A stretch of DNA of 39,512 bases from Deltaproteobacteria bacterium (GTDB lineage Bacteria; Desulfobacterota; Syntrophia; Syntrophales; Smithellaceae), in NCBI GenBank assembly GCA_025355175.1, contig JANYAF010000246.1:1-39512 (forward strand). Reading direction: 5' to 3'. Positions 17,739 to 27,782 of this stretch are shown piece by piece (the first letter of the stretch is position 1; each line of letters opens with the position of its first letter). The position numbers were made by a program, and so were the translations under genes. The notes under the pieces were generated by a model, which saw only the letters and a list, made by a program, of their open reading frames with translations, was not told where the DNA came from and did not search any database.

Positions 17739-18894
17739 GATTTGCGTTGTAACAGGAACAAGAGCTGAATACGGCTTGCTGTATTGGCTCATGAAAGAGA
17801 TCCAGGATGATCCGGATCTGGAGATACAGATTGCCGTCACAGGTATGCATCTTTCCCCCGAATTTGGTTTGACTTACAAAAAGATTGAGGATGATGGCTT
17901 CCATCTCGATGAAAGAGTCGAAATGCTTCTCTCCAGTGATACCTCCGTTGGAATTGCCAAATCCGTAGGCTTGGGCGTCATCGGATTTGCCGATGCCCTT
18001 GCTCGTTTGAATCCGGATATCATGGTCGTTCTTGGTGATCGATACGAGATATTCGCTGCCGTCCAGGCAGCCATGACTGCAAAAATTCCCATCGCCCACA
18101 TTCATGGTGGAGAATCGACGGTGGGGGCCATGGATGAAGCTATGCGACATGCCATCACGAAGATGTCCCATTTTCATTTTACGGCAGCGGAAGTTTATCG
18201 CAGGAGGGTTATCCAGTTGGGTGAAATGCCGGAGCGGGTACTGAATTATGGTGCTCCCGGTCTCGACAATCTGAACAGGACAGATCTCCTTGATAAAGAT
18301 GCTTTCGAAAAGGCCATTGGTTTTCATCTTGGGGATTTATCATTTTTGATAACATACCATCCCGTGACGTTAAGCCCTGAAAGTCCGGCACAAGCTTTAA
18401 GTGAATTACTAAAAGCCATTGATCAATTTTCTAATGCAAAGGTTATTTTCACAAAAGCGAATGCAGATACATCGGGACGAATCATCAATCAGAGAATCGA
18501 TGAGTACGTTGGAATGAATCCATTACGTGCCAAAGTATTTACATCCATGGGACGGATGCTCTACCTGAGCGCTGTCAAGCATGTGGATATTGTTATAGGA
18601 AATTCATCAAGCGGACTTCTCGAAGTGCCCGTCTTCAAAAAACCGACAGTGAATATGGGAGATCGTCAGCAAGGCCGATTAAGGGCTGACTCTGTAATCG
18701 ATTGCATGGAAAATGAACGAGAGATTGTTGAGGCCATCAAAAAAGGATTGTCTGATGATTTCAAAAGCATTCTGGGAAAAACCGTGTCTCCCTACGGACA
18801 CGGTAATGCATCTTTAAAGATTAAGGAATATTTAAAGAATGTGTCTCTCCAAAACGTTCTAATGAAGCAATTTCATGACATTCGTTATGATTGA
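17725..18894 (+). CDS. neuC: Hydrolysing NDP-N,N'-diacetylbacillosamine 2-epimerase (NeuC/LegG)
   Basis: VVTGTRAEYGLL, TGMHLSPEFG, LGDRYE, HIHGGE, GNSSSG and GDRQQGR. Confidence 0.92.
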   Translation: MHKRKICVVTGTRAEYGLLYWLMKEIQDDPDLEIQIAVTGMHLSPEFGLTYKKIEDDGFHLDERVEMLLSSDTSVGIAKSVGLGVIGFADALARLNPDIMVVLGDRYEIFAAVQAAMTAKIPIAHIHGGESTVGAMDEAMRHAITKMSHFHFTAAEVYRRRVIQLGEMPERVLNYGAPGLDNLNRTDLLDKDAFEKAIGFHLGDLSFLITYHPVTLSPESPAQALSELLKAIDQFSNAKVIFTKANADTSGRIINQRIDEYVGMNPLRAKVFTSMGRMLYLSAVKHVDIVIGNSSSGLLEVPVFKKPTVNMGDRQQGRLRADSVIDCMENEREIVEAIKKGLSDDFKSILGKTVSPYGHGNASLKIKEYLKNVSLQNVLMKQFHDIRYD

Positions 18895-19987
18895 CGATCA
18901 GAATAATTTTAATAAATCAGTCTATATAATCGCCGAGGCCGGCGTAAATCATAACGGCAGCCTTGAAATGGCAAAAAGGCTGATCGATGTTGCGGCTGCA
19001 GCCGGTGCCGATGCCGTGAAATTCCAGACCTTCAAGGCGGAAAAGGTCATCAGCAGATATGCACCCAAGGCCGAATATCAGAAAAAAGCGACTACCGAAA
19101 CGGAATCCCAATTAGAGATGGTCAAAAAACTGGAATTGGATGAGAATGCCCATCGTCTCCTGATCGAACATTGCCAAGCCAGAAATATCCAATTTCTATC
19201 CACACCGTTCGATTTTGACAGCATTGATCTCCTCGCCAACAAACTGGATCTTCCCCGTCTTAAAATCCCCTCCGGAGAAATCACCAGCGGGCCATACCTG
19301 CTGCACATCGCCAGGACGGGAAAACCGATCATCCTCTCGACGGGCATGAGCACCCTCGATGAAATTGAGACTGCCCTCGGCGTATTGGCGTTCGGATATT
19401 TGTTAATCAAGAAAAGGCCTTCTCCGGAAGAATTCCATGATGCTTATTGCTCTCAGGCCGGACGCAAAATCATAGAGGAAAAGGTAACTCTCCTCCATTG
19501 CACTACGGAATACCCTGCTCCGTTTGATGAAGTCAACCTGCGAGCAATGGCCACCATGCGCAACGCCGTCGGCCTGCCCGTCGGTCTATCCGATCACACA
19601 CCCGGCATCGCTGTGCCCATTGCCGCCGTCGCCATGGGTGCTGCTGTCATCGAAAAGCATTTTACTCTGGACAAAAATATGCCTGGACCGGATCACAAGG
19701 CATCCCTGGAACCTGATGAGCTTAAGGATATGGTCACGGCCATAAGGCAAGTGGAAAACGCCTTTGGGATCGGGCAGAAAGTGCCGTCGCCATCAGAATT
19801 GAAAAATAGAGACATCGCCCGTAAAAGTCTGGTTGCCTCCAAACCTATTTGCAAGGGGGATGTTTTCACGCAAGAAAACCTTACGATGAAAAGACCTGGA
19901 ACCGGTATTTCTCCCATGCATTATTGGGATCTGTTAGAAAAAATATCTGACAAAGATTATTCTGAAGACGAATTGATCAAAAGATGA
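18887..19987 (+). CDS. neuB: Nonulosonic acid synthase (NeuB/LegI) with C-terminal SAF domain
   Basis: IIAEAGVNHNG, ADAVKFQTF, KIPSGEIT, LHCTTEYP, SDHT, EKHFTLD, GPDHKASLEP and KRPGTGISP. ATG at 18875 is an alternative start. Confidence 0.93.
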   Translation: MIDDQNNFNKSVYIIAEAGVNHNGSLEMAKRLIDVAAAAGADAVKFQTFKAEKVISRYAPKAEYQKKATTETESQLEMVKKLELDENAHRLLIEHCQARNIQFLSTPFDFDSIDLLANKLDLPRLKIPSGEITSGPYLLHIARTGKPIILSTGMSTLDEIETALGVLAFGYLLIKKRPSPEEFHDAYCSQAGRKIIEEKVTLLHCTTEYPAPFDEVNLRAMATMRNAVGLPVGLSDHTPGIAVPIAAVAMGAAVIEKHFTLDKNMPGPDHKASLEPDELKDMVTAIRQVENAFGIGQKVPSPSELKNRDIARKSLVASKPICKGDVFTQENLTMKRPGTGISPMHYWDLLEKISDKDYSEDELIKR

Positions 19988-20622
19988 CACTCCCTGTAAT
20001 AATTATAGGCGCTGGGGGGCATGCCAAAGTCCTTATTTATTCTCTCAACGCCTTGCGGCATGAGATCATCGGGATTTTTCACCCGGGTACAACGCTAATC
20101 GGTCGATCCATCGCTGGGATCCGCGTTATTGGAAACGATGACAAGCTATTGGAATACGCACCTGATTCGATTGAACTTGTCAATGGCATCGGCTCCATAT
20201 CATCGACGGAAAAACGCAAAAACATCTTCATGAAATTTAAAAATAACGGTTATTCGTTCGCAACGGTAGTTCATCCTTCGGCAATAGTAATGAGCGATGT
20301 TCAGTTAGGCGAAGGCGTTCAAATCATGGCAGGCGCGATAATCCAACCGGGTTGCCGCATTGGCGATAATGTCATAATTAATACCGGAGCTATTTTGGAT
20401 CACGACTGTATAATCGGAGCGCATACGCATATTGCGCCGGGAGCTGTTCTTTCCGGCGATGTTTATGTCGGAGTGGCGAGCCATGTTGGAACCTCCGCCG
20501 TTGTCATTCAGGGGATAAAAATCGGCGAAAATGCCGTCATCGGCGCAGGAGCTGTTGTTATTAAAAATATCCCTGCCGGCAGCAAGGCGGTGGGTGTTCC
20601 CGCGAGGAATATAAAAAAATAA
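19984..20622 (+). CDS. neuD: NeuD/PglD/LegH-type hexapeptide-repeat sugar N-acetyltransferase
   Basis: IIGAGGHAK, VVHPSA, INTGAILDHDC, left-handed beta-helix repeats and GVPAR. Confidence 0.88.
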   Translation: MTLPVIIIGAGGHAKVLIYSLNALRHEIIGIFHPGTTLIGRSIAGIRVIGNDDKLLEYAPDSIELVNGIGSISSTEKRKNIFMKFKNNGYSFATVVHPSAIVMSDVQLGEGVQIMAGAIIQPGCRIGDNVIINTGAILDHDCIIGAHTHIAPGAVLSGDVYVGVASHVGTSAVVIQGIKIGENAVIGAGAVVIKNIPAGSKAVGVPARNIKK

Positions 20623-20623
20623 C

Positions 20624-21691
20624 ATGAAAGACTGGGAAAAAACTCTTATAAATCCCTCGCAATCTATTGTAGAGGCTATGCGTATTATTGATCGGAGCGC
20701 TCTGCAGATTGCCTTAGTGGTGGATGAGCAGACGAAGCTTTTAGGGGTTGTAACGGATGGCGATATCAGGCGCGGCATTCTAAACGGTGTGCAACTTGAT
20801 CAGCCTGTGACAAAGATCATGGCCGGCAAATTCACATCCGCTCAAGAAACGTCATCCAAGGAAGAGATCATTGCTTTGATGAAGGGAAAGGGATTAAATC
20901 AGCTTCCTCTCCTGGATGAAGAGGGACATGTCGTTAACCTGAAAGTATTGGTCGATTTGATCAATGTTCCCAAAACCGATAATGAAGTTGTCTTAATGGC
21001 CGGCGGCCTCGGCAACAGGTTAAAGCCACTGACTAACGATTGTCCGAAACCGATGTTGACTTTAAACGATAAGCCTATTTTAGAAATCATTTTAGAAAAT
21101 CTTATTCAACAAGGATTTAAGAAATTTTATGTATCGGTTAATTACAAAGCCGAAATGATCGAGAAGTATTTCGGTAAGGGAACGAAATGGGATGTAAAGA
21201 TCAGCTACCTTAAAGAAAAAAAGACTATGGGAACGGCAGGAGCTTTGGGATTATTGCCCAAGCGCCCGCGAGAACCTTTAATTGTCATGAACGCCGATTT
21301 ATTGACGAAGATTAATTGCAGACAGCTGCTGGACTTTCATAATACACACAAGGCGTTGGCAACGATGTGTGTGCGGGATTACCGTTTCCAGGTTCCCTTT
21401 GGAGTTGTCAATATCGATCAGTATCGGTTATGCGGCATAGATGAAAAGCCTACCCATCATTTCTTTGTTAATGCCGGTATTTATGTCCTTTCCCCGGATG
21501 CATTAGGATTCATTCCCAAAGGAAAAGCATATGATATGACGGAACTTTTTCAAGATCTGATTAAGTTCGACCATGAAGCAATCGCCTTTCCGGTTCGGGA
21601 ATATTGGTTGGATATCGGACGGTTCGATGACTATGAAAAAGCGAATTCGGAATATCAGAGAGTCTTTGAAAGGAATAATCCAAAGTTATGA
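20624..21691 (+). CDS. ptmE: CBS-domain nucleotidyltransferase (PtmE/LgaF-type guanylyltransferase)
   Basis: N-terminal CBS pair (GVVTDGDIRRG), MAGGLGNRLKPLT, PKPM, GTAGAL and EYWLDIGR. Confidence 0.85.
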   Translation: MKDWEKTLINPSQSIVEAMRIIDRSALQIALVVDEQTKLLGVVTDGDIRRGILNGVQLDQPVTKIMAGKFTSAQETSSKEEIIALMKGKGLNQLPLLDEEGHVVNLKVLVDLINVPKTDNEVVLMAGGLGNRLKPLTNDCPKPMLTLNDKPILEIILENLIQQGFKKFYVSVNYKAEMIEKYFGKGTKWDVKISYLKEKKTMGTAGALGLLPKRPREPLIVMNADLLTKINCRQLLDFHNTHKALATMCVRDYRFQVPFGVVNIDQYRLCGIDEKPTHHFFVNAGIYVLSPDALGFIPKGKAYDMTELFQDLIKFDHEAIAFPVREYWLDIGRFDDYEKANSEYQRVFERNNPKL

Positions 21692-23082
21692 AGATCGCCC
21701 TAATCCAACTCCCTCATTTTTACGGTGAAAACAGCCGCCCACCCGCCAATTATCCAATCGGTTTAGGCTATATTTCATCGGTTTTGTCCATGAACGGCAT
21801 TGAACATGAGGGGATCAATCTTTGGGAACAGGAAATGACAGTTGATCAGGCGATAAGCGCATTTGACTATTCCAAGTATGACGTCTTCGGGATCAGCGCC
21901 TATTCAACGCAATACAAATATCTCAAGGAATTTTCGCTGAGACTGAAATCCCGGTATCCGGACATTCCTATTGTCTGTGGCGGTCCGGGGCCGACATTCA
22001 GTTCAAAGATTATTCTGGGAAAAACGAGCGTTGATATCTGTGTGATCAGCGAAGGCGAAGAAACGTTCATCGATCTCTTAAGAAATATGGATGACCTTCG
22101 TTGCGTGGCCGGCATATCCTACAAAGAGAAGGGCGAGATCATTTGCACGCCGCGGCGGCCATACATCAAGGATCTGGATTCAATACCGTTCCCCAATCGT
22201 GCATTGTTCGATTTCCATGCGACCATCAAAAATAAAATGGCCGTTTTCCAGCAGAACGGGAAAGAGCGGCATATAACCGCGGATATCATTGCCGGACGGG
22301 GCTGTCCCTATCAATGCACCTTCTGCTCCAAAACTTTTTCGGGCATACGACTGCGTTCCGTTGGCCGCATCGCCGAAGAAGCCGAAAAACTCAAGGAGGA
22401 ATTTGGCATCAATCATCTTCAATTCAACGATGAACTTGTGCTGGTAAACAAGAAGCGCACGCTTGACCTCTGTGCCCGGCTGAAGGACCTTCAACTGGAA
22501 TGGATGTGCCAGGGCAGAATCGACCAGGTGGATGGGGAAATCTTGCGCGTGATGAAGGATTCCGGATGTGTTGCCGTGGGATACGGCGTGGAATCCGTTT
22601 CACAATCCATCCTGGACGCGATGAAAAAGAAGATCAAGGCGGAAAATATTATTCCCGTGATCAAGCTGACGCGGGAGATAGGCATCAATCCCATCATTCA
22701 ATATATGTACGGGTATCCGGGAGAAACGGATGAAACGATCGAAAGGACCTTTCAGTTCTTCAAGGAGCTCGACATCCCCTTTATCGGGCAAACGACCACG
22801 CCGATCCCCGGCTCGAAATTATACGAAGATTGCGTGGCGGGCGGCATTATTAAGGATGAGGAGACCTACTTGCTGAACCTCGATTCTGGATACAATCTGG
22901 CTGCAGGCAGCATAAATCTCACCAATTTTACGGACCGGGAACTGGCGCAAAAGCAAAGAAAACTGCAAATCAGGATTACCCATCAATATCTGAAAAAACG
23001 TCCTTTGCAATACGCATCCTTTGTTTCGGGAATATTGGCCAGGAAGGCAAACAGGTTCATAAAAAAGGCATTTGCTTCATGA
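21688..23082 (+). CDS. B12-binding-domain radical SAM protein embedded in the leg pathway
   Basis: PIGLGYI, FGISAYS, CGGPGPT, SEGEETF, GRGCPYQCTFC, GYGVES and PIPGSKLY. ATGA overlaps at both ends. Confidence 0.9.
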   Translation: MKIALIQLPHFYGENSRPPANYPIGLGYISSVLSMNGIEHEGINLWEQEMTVDQAISAFDYSKYDVFGISAYSTQYKYLKEFSLRLKSRYPDIPIVCGGPGPTFSSKIILGKTSVDICVISEGEETFIDLLRNMDDLRCVAGISYKEKGEIICTPRRPYIKDLDSIPFPNRALFDFHATIKNKMAVFQQNGKERHITADIIAGRGCPYQCTFCSKTFSGIRLRSVGRIAEEAEKLKEEFGINHLQFNDELVLVNKKRTLDLCARLKDLQLEWMCQGRIDQVDGEILRVMKDSGCVAVGYGVESVSQSILDAMKKKIKAENIIPVIKLTREIGINPIIQYMYGYPGETDETIERTFQFFKELDIPFIGQTTTPIPGSKLYEDCVAGGIIKDEETYLLNLDSGYNLAAGSINLTNFTDRELAQKQRKLQIRITHQYLKKRPLQYASFVSGILARKANRFIKKAFAS

Positions 23083-23990
23083 AAGCTCTGGTCATTGGTT
23101 ATGGCTCGATTGGGCGACGTCATATTCAGTTGCTCAATGAACTTGGTTGTGAAACTGCCCTGATCAGCACGCGCCGGATTGATTATTCACCTCTTTATTC
23201 AGACATTAAGAATGGATTGGAAAAACATCAGCCCGACTATGTCGTTATTGCCAATTCAACCGATGAGCATTATCGAACCTTTGTGAAGCTGGCCGATCTC
23301 GGATACAAAGGCATTGTGCTGATAGAAAAGCCACTGTTTCACCGCTTCGGGGAAGCGGCGTCCGGTGAAGATATGCAGACGTATGTGGCCTACAATCTTC
23401 GCTTTCACCCCATCGTCTCGCAATTGAAATCTTTTCTGGACAAAGAGAAAATAATTTCTGTCCTGGCTTATGTCGGTCAGTATCTTCCTGACTGGCGTCA
23501 GGAAAGAGATTATCGCCTGTCCTATTCCGCCCGGAAGGAAAGAGGGGGAGGCGTGCTGCGCGATTTGAGTCACGAACTGGATTATCTCGTCTGGATACTG
23601 GGAGGCTGGGAAAGACTGGTCGCCCAGGGTGGACATTACAGTCCCCTGGATATCAACAGCGAAGATACGGTTGCCCTTATGATGGAAACCCCGCGTTGTC
23701 CGATTGTCAGCGTGCAACTAAATTATTTGGACCGTACCACAAGAAGATTCGTGGTTGTTAATACGGCAAAACACACGATTGAGGCCGATTTAATCAGGGG
23801 AACAATAACCATAGACCGCGACGCGGAAAAATGTAATTTGGAAAAGGATGTATCGTACCGTCAAATGCACAAAACGATTTTAGAAGGCGGCAACAACGCT
23901 TTGTGTACTTTTAAGGAAGGCCTCGAAGTTCTGCGGATGATTGAAGCTGCGGAACTTTCCATAGAGCAAAAGAAATGGATCGAGAGATGA
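23079..23990 (+). CDS. ptmF: Gfo/Idh/MocA oxidoreductase (PtmF/ElaA-like)
   Basis: IGYGSIGRRH, LIEKP, AYNLRFHP, GQYLPDWR and GGGVLRDLSHELD; conserved position before the CMP synthetase. Confidence 0.75.
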   Translation: MKALVIGYGSIGRRHIQLLNELGCETALISTRRIDYSPLYSDIKNGLEKHQPDYVVIANSTDEHYRTFVKLADLGYKGIVLIEKPLFHRFGEAASGEDMQTYVAYNLRFHPIVSQLKSFLDKEKIISVLAYVGQYLPDWRQERDYRLSYSARKERGGGVLRDLSHELDYLVWILGGWERLVAQGGHYSPLDINSEDTVALMMETPRCPIVSVQLNYLDRTTRRFVVVNTAKHTIEADLIRGTITIDRDAEKCNLEKDVSYRQMHKTILEGGNNALCTFKEGLEVLRMIEAAELSIEQKKWIER

Positions 23991-24709
23991 AGCGATTATG
24001 TACAATCTGCGCCCGTGGGGGTTCGGAAGGGGTCAAGGGGAAGAATATCCGGCCATTGCTGGGCAAACCGCTGATCGTATACAGTATTGAACAGGCTCGA
24101 CAAACCGGGCTTTTTGCGGCCATCGCCGTCGACAGTGATTCCGAGGAAATACTTTCCGTGGCCGCCGGCGCGGGGGTGGATTATCTGATCCGACGTCCGG
24201 CGGAGCTGGCCACGCGCACTGCTCCCAAATTACCCGTCATCCGTCATTGTGTCGAGGCGGTGGAAAAGCTTGCCGGCGACCGTTATGAGACGATTGTGGA
24301 TCTGGATGCCACGTCCCCGCTGCGCAATGTCGAGGACATCATCCGGGTTGTGGAACTGCTGGAAAGCCGACAGGTATCCAATGTCATCACCGGCACGCCA
24401 GCGCGACGTTCCCCGTATTTCAATCTTGTAGAACTGAATGAAGGCGGCGTTGTCCGGCTTTCCAAATCTCTTCCCGTGTCGGTCACAAGAAGGCAGGATT
24501 CCCCCATGTGCTATGACATGAATGCATCAATCTATGCATGGAAACGCGATGTTTTATTGAGCAGTTCTAGCATCTTTAATGCTGATACTTTATTATATGT
24601 GATGCCGGAAGAACGTTCGATTGATGTGGATAGTGAAATAGATTTTGGTTTTGTTGAGTATATAATGAAAAAAAATAGTCGGAATCAAATTATTCCTGAT
24701 GAAAAGTAA
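23987..24709 (+). CDS. neuA: CMP-nonulosonate synthetase (NeuA/LegF/PtmB)
   Basis: ICARGGSEGVKGKN, RPAELA, DLDATSPLR, RRQD and ERSIDVD. ATGA overlap with the upstream gene. Confidence 0.9.
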   Translation: MKRLCTICARGGSEGVKGKNIRPLLGKPLIVYSIEQARQTGLFAAIAVDSDSEEILSVAAGAGVDYLIRRPAELATRTAPKLPVIRHCVEAVEKLAGDRYETIVDLDATSPLRNVEDIIRVVELLESRQVSNVITGTPARRSPYFNLVELNEGGVVRLSKSLPVSVTRRQDSPMCYDMNASIYAWKRDVLLSSSSIFNADTLLYVMPEERSIDVDSEIDFGFVEYIMKKNSRNQIIPDEK

Positions 24710-25292
24710 TTCATTTATAGCCGAAATTTTTGCCAGGATTTCTTTTTGGAAAAAGACGGATAGAATAGGACCTGATATTCCGTGGACTCATTGGTTGCTG
24801 CATTTTAAATCTACCATGCTGCGGTTGTGCAAAAGGAAGTTTAAAAACTTTGACGATACTGCAGAGTTCAGGCCGGGTGCATACGCTGTTTGCTGCTCCA
24901 AGATCAGTCTGGGGCACAGAGTTGTCATCCGTCCAGGTTGTATGCTTTTTGCCGATCCGCGAAATAATGGGGCAGGTATCACCATTGAAGATGATGTTGT
25001 GCTGGGATCCGGAGTGCATTTCTATTGCGGTAATCATAACTATCTTAATCCGGAAATTCCGATTATCGACCAGGGGCATGCGGCCTCGAAGCCTATTTTA
25101 TTAAAAAAAGGATGCTGGATTGGAGCCCGGTGTATCATTTTGTCGGGAGTTGTGGTTGGTGAAAATTCAGTGGTTGGAGCCGGGAGCGTGGTTGTTAAAA
25201 GCCTACCTGCCAGAGTGTTGGCTGTGGGAAATCCAGCCAGAATTATCAGGAAAATTGACGAAGCGGGTATCGAAAGAAATGCTGAAGAATAA
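24699..25292 (+). CDS. Hexapeptide-repeat acyltransferase (putative sugar O-acetyltransferase)
   Basis: NHNY..PIIDQG, CWIGARCIILSGVVVGENSVVGAGSVV and GNPARII. Confidence 0.82.
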   Translation: MKSNSFIAEIFARISFWKKTDRIGPDIPWTHWLLHFKSTMLRLCKRKFKNFDDTAEFRPGAYAVCCSKISLGHRVVIRPGCMLFADPRNNGAGITIEDDVVLGSGVHFYCGNHNYLNPEIPIIDQGHAASKPILLKKGCWIGARCIILSGVVVGENSVVGAGSVVVKSLPARVLAVGNPARIIRKIDEAGIERNAEE

Positions 25293-26049
25293 AGTTGTGG
25301 TCATAACCGGAGGAGCAGGTCTGCTGGGCCGCGCCTTTGTGCGTACTGTCGCCGGACACGGCGGGATCGCCGTTATTGCCGATCTCAACGCGGCAGCAGG
25401 GAATCAGTTTCTGCAAGAGTTGAAAAGCGAGAATCCTGAAATAAACGCTGACTGCTACGCGGTAGATATAACATCGAAAACTTCCCTGGAATCACTGATC
25501 ACCTGTCTGCATGAGAAATACGGCCGCATTAATGCTGTAGTCAACAATGCTTATCCGCGGACTAAGAACTACGGTCGTAAGTTTGAGGATGTATCCTACG
25601 ACGACTTCACTCAAAATGTGTCGATGCATCTGGGCGGTTATTTTCTGACATCCCAGCAATTTTCGCTGTATTTCAAAAAGCATGGATGCGGCGTGATCAT
25701 CAATATGGCCTCCGTATATGGTGTCGTTGCGCCGCGTTTTTCCGTTTATGAAGGCACTGCCATGACGATGCCGGTTGAATATGCCGCTATTAAATCAGCC
25801 ATTATTCATCTGACGAAGTATATGGCGCAATATTTCAAGGGGACGAATATCCGGGTAAATTGCATAAGTCCCGGCGGGATTTTAGACGGGCAACCTCAGC
25901 AGTTTCTTTCCCGCTATGGAAGCATGGCCGCATCCAAAGGCATGCTCGATCCCGAAGATTTGCAGGGCACCCTCTTGTTTCTTTTGAGTGATTGGTCCAA
26001 GTTTATCAACGGACAAAATATAGTTGTTGATGATGGCTGGACATTGTGA
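25279..26049 (+). CDS. ptmA: SDR oxidoreductase, PtmA/ElaC-like
   Basis: TGGAGLLG, VNNAYPR, MTMPVEYAAIK (YxxxK), SPGGI and GQNIVVDDGW. Start moved to ATG 25279. Confidence 0.85.
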   Translation: MLKNKVVVITGGAGLLGRAFVRTVAGHGGIAVIADLNAAAGNQFLQELKSENPEINADCYAVDITSKTSLESLITCLHEKYGRINAVVNNAYPRTKNYGRKFEDVSYDDFTQNVSMHLGGYFLTSQQFSLYFKKHGCGVIINMASVYGVVAPRFSVYEGTAMTMPVEYAAIKSAIIHLTKYMAQYFKGTNIRVNCISPGGILDGQPQQFLSRYGSMAASKGMLDPEDLQGTLLFLLSDWSKFINGQNIVVDDGWTL

Positions 26050-26062
26050 GGTGACAAGGCCG

Positions 26063-27606
26063 ATGCCTAATACAGAAACATCACTGAAGAAGCGCTACTT
26101 GTTTAAACTGATGACTAATTTTGTCGGCCTTGGCATTGGTCTTGTTACGCAGGCCATTGTGCCGCGGGTGCTGGGGCCTTCATCTTATGGAAATTTCTCA
26201 TTTCTGACAAACTTCTTCCTGCAACTTAACGGTTTTCTTAACCTGGATTCAGCGACAGCTTTTTATACGAAACTATCCCAACGGCAACAGGATAAAGGAT
26301 TGATAAGCTTTTATTTTTATCTGACACTGTTGTCCGGCTTGGTAATGGGGATATTGACTATAGCTATTTATCTTCTGGGGTTTGATCATCTTGTCTGGCC
26401 CCAGCAGAAAACTCTATTTGTTGTTCTGGCGGCTATATGGGCGTTCCTGCAGGTTTATAGTGTTACGTTAGTCCAGGTGGCAGACGCTTATGGACTGACA
26501 ACTAAATCAGAAGTAGTAACCATGGTTCAGAAAATCATCGGATTAGTAATTATAGTTTTTCTGTTCTTTGGCAATATGCTGAGCTTGCTTAGTTATTTCG
26601 TTTTTCAACTTTTTATGTTTCTAATAATTATTAATTCCCTTTATGTATTGATCCGGAAATATAAAGGGGATATTTTCAGCCACTGGCGTTTGAACGGGGG
26701 ACAGTTAAGGTCATATATAAAAGAATTTACCTCCTTCTGTTTGCCTTTAATAATTTTTTCTTTTTTTGCTATTCTAGCGCAGATGCTGGATCGTTGGTTA
26801 CTGCAAAAATTCTCCGGTAGTGTGCAGCAAGGATTCTATGCATTGGCTTATCAGACGGGTACTGTCTGCTCCCTTTTTCTTTCTGCAATGATCCCACTAA
26901 TCATGAGAGAGTATGCCATCTTATTTGCAAAAGTTGATTTGGAAAGGATGCGTCAGCTCTTTACAAAGTATAACAAGATGCTCTGCGCAATTGCTGCATT
27001 TTTTGGATGTTTTCTAGCAGCGGAGGCAAAGAATGTCATGCTGATTTTCGGGGGGCAGGCTTACACCGGGGCTATTATACCCATTACGATCATGTGCTTT
27101 TTCCCGATTCAGCAAAGCTATGGTCAGATGAATGCGGCTTTTTTTTTGCCACTGCGCGAACCAAAACCTATAGCCGCATAGGACTTGGTTTGTTTATTAT
27201 TGGGTTGCCTTTGTCTTTTTTCATTATCGGACCAAGGACTTATGGCGCTTTGGGAGCCGGTGCGACCGGCTTGGCCGTCAAAACGCTATTGATGACTTTT
27301 CTCAGCGTCAATATTCAGCTATGGTTTAATACTAAATTCCTCCGTTTATCTTTCTGGGAATTTATCTGGCATCAGGCCGTCGTTATCATTCTTTTTATCT
27401 CAGTGTCTTCTGGATGCTCCTATATGGTCTCATCATTTTTAGGCAAGGCTCATTTTCTTTGGCAATTCTTTATATCAGGCGTCTTTTATTCGGTTATCAT
27501 TCTGAGTCTGGTTTGGATTTTCCCTTGGATAGCTGCTCTGCGAAAAGATGAAATTACGGAGCTTCTAACTCAAGCAAGAAATAAGTGGCAACATAAATTC
27601 TTTTGA
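26063..27606 (+). pseudogene. wzx: Wzx flippase split by a frameshift at a T9 tract (phase variation or sequencing error)
   Basis: The first part has VPRVLGPSSYG and DRWLLQKFSGSVQQGFYALA; a second frame carries the remaining TMs (LGAGATGLAVK). One extra T at 27139-27147 fuses them into a 514-aa protein. Confidence 0.8.
27139..27147 (+). repeat. T9 homopolymer at the wzx frameshift junction
   Basis: GCGGC-TTTTTTTTT-GCCACT. Confidence 0.85.
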
Positions 27607-27782
27607 GATTTGAGATAATCTGGAGTTATCCGCCAGTTGGCGAAGGTTGATTCTAAGGATCTGTCTTTCGGCATGTAGTCACAATGGCAACGGCCCTTGC
27701 CCGATCAGTAATGCCACATTATCACCTGTAAGGGATTCATGTTTCGGTAGCCATCAAAGTACAGAACAAAAGAGACTCTATT

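Noticed and set aside
27684-27700. TGGCAAC..TTGC resembling a sigma54 promoter
   Set aside because: The GG to GC spacing is 11 bp rather than the required 10.
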